Shown in pieces: positions 52,009-52,927 of a stretch of 52,927 nucleotides of DNA. The translations under genes and the position numbers were made by a program. Each line of letters starts with the position of its first letter. Positions within the stretch are counted from its first letter, which is position 1. This stretch comes from a bacterium (GTDB lineage: Bacteria; Patescibacteriota; Minisyncoccia; UBA6257; GWB1-50-10), in the NCBI GenBank assembly GCA_027310365.1, contig DAIDAY010000003.1, positions 1-52,927 of the forward strand. Reading direction: 5' to 3'. The notes under the pieces were generated by a model. The model saw only the letters and a list, made by a program, of their open reading frames with translations, was not told where the DNA came from and searched no databases.

Positions 52009-52686
52009 CTATTCCCCTCCTTCTTTCCGGCGCCAGCTTTCTATTTCCTTGTGGTTACCGGAGAGGAGAACCTGCGGGACTTTCCACTTCCCGAATTTTT
52101 CCGGGCGAGTGTACACCGGATATGATCCCTTGATATTCTCCAAAGATTCGTATTTTCCCAAGACTCCCGGCAGATAGCGACTAACAGCTTCAGTCACCAT
52201 CAGGGCTGGTAATTCCCCCCCCGAAAGAATAAAACCGCCGACGGAAATTTCTTCGTCGGCAACATGCGCCGCCACGCGCTCATCGACACCTTCATACCGC
52301 CCGCAAATAAAAATAATATCCTCGTATTTCAACAGGCGCGTTGCATCTTTTTGAGCAAATTCCTTTCCTCTGGTTGAAAATAAAATAATCCGCGTTTTCG
52401 CTTTTTTGGATTTTGATATTTTGATTTGTTGAGGATTTTGGATTTTGGATTGAGGGTTTAAAATCGAACTGATTGCCGCCACAAGCGGTTCAACCCTGAG
52501 AACCATCCCCGGACCGCCGCCGAAGGGGCGATCGTCAACTTTCTTGTGTTTCCCTAACCCGAACTTCCGGAGGTTCACCAAGTCAAATGTTATTATTTTT
52601 TTTTTCTCTGCCCGTCCCAAAATGGAACTATGCAGATAGTTGTCGATCGCCTCGGGAAAAAGCGTAATGATGTGGAAGGTGAGCAT
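52009..52686 (-). CDS. trmD: tRNA (guanine-N1)-methyltransferase
   Basis: ITLFPE, VDDRPFGGGPGMVL, CGRYEGVDER, SGGE, YTRP, LSGNH. Confidence 0.97.
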   Translation of the reverse strand: MLTFHIITLFPEAIDNYLHSSILGRAEKKKIITFDLVNLRKFGLGKHKKVDDRPFGGGPGMVLRVEPLVAAISSILNPQSKIQNPQQIKISKSKKAKTRIILFSTRGKEFAQKDATRLLKYEDIIFICGRYEGVDERVAAHVADEEISVGGFILSGGELPALMVTEAVSRYLPGVLGKYESLENIKGSYPVYTRPEKFGKWKVPQVLLSGNHKEIESWRRKEGGE

Positions 52687-52782
52687 GCAACCCTTATTCT
52701 AACCCGGATGGCGCGAGAGAGAAAGAGGCAGATGAAGAAAGTATTCCCAAACGAGTATTGCCGGAATAGGCATCATCACTGA

Positions 52783-52927
52783 GCCCGCCTGCGCAGGAAG
52801 GCGAAGAGGAAGAGGCGAGAAAACAACTGGGACTGGGACTGTGTTTGAATCCCGAACTCGCCTCAAAATTCAGTACCTACTGATTTTTGAGGCGACGGAG
52901 TGAAGCTCCGCATATTCTGCTGCGGAT
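52783..52927. repeat. Module D followed by family A (hairpin inverted), truncated by the window end
   Basis: 52783-52827 resembles the reverse complement of 3431-3484; 52850-52927 matches 30129-30206. Confidence 0.9.

Overview
Gene-dense core-genome segment of a bacterium, most likely Patescibacteria/CPR (Parcubacteria-like). The assignment is inferred from the short RpoB and EF-Ts, the missing rplA after rplK, and a LamG pilin plus TraG/VirD4-like ATPase. TGA is used as stop (code 11). Genes include dnaX, dnaE, rnhB, a rearranged cell-wall cluster (murC, murG, ftsW, mraY, DacA-like, rodA, mltG), gltX, thrS, scpAB, ychF, miaA, rpmF, nusB, tmk, secE-nusG-rplK, rpoBC-rpsF-ssb-rpsR, tpiA, rpsB-tsf, trmD and a tRNA-Tyr. 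No CRISPR array, prophage or transposase is visible. The striking signal is that most larger intergenic gaps are filled with small non-autonomous inverted-repeat elements. (i) Seven elements of 101-243 bp sit exactly on the AT of a start codon (tsf, ssb, ychF, tmk and others), six with a duplicated AT. In three cases removal restores a TGA-ATG or TGATG gene junction. (ii) One element forms a stop-free uORF coupled to tmk, and another is inserted in frame in a prepilin leader peptide. (iii) Several modular repeat families nest inside each other, one hairpin is flipped in place, and short palindromes and heptamer arrays are translated inside essential proteins. All functional calls come from recognising motifs by eye; no database search was run.
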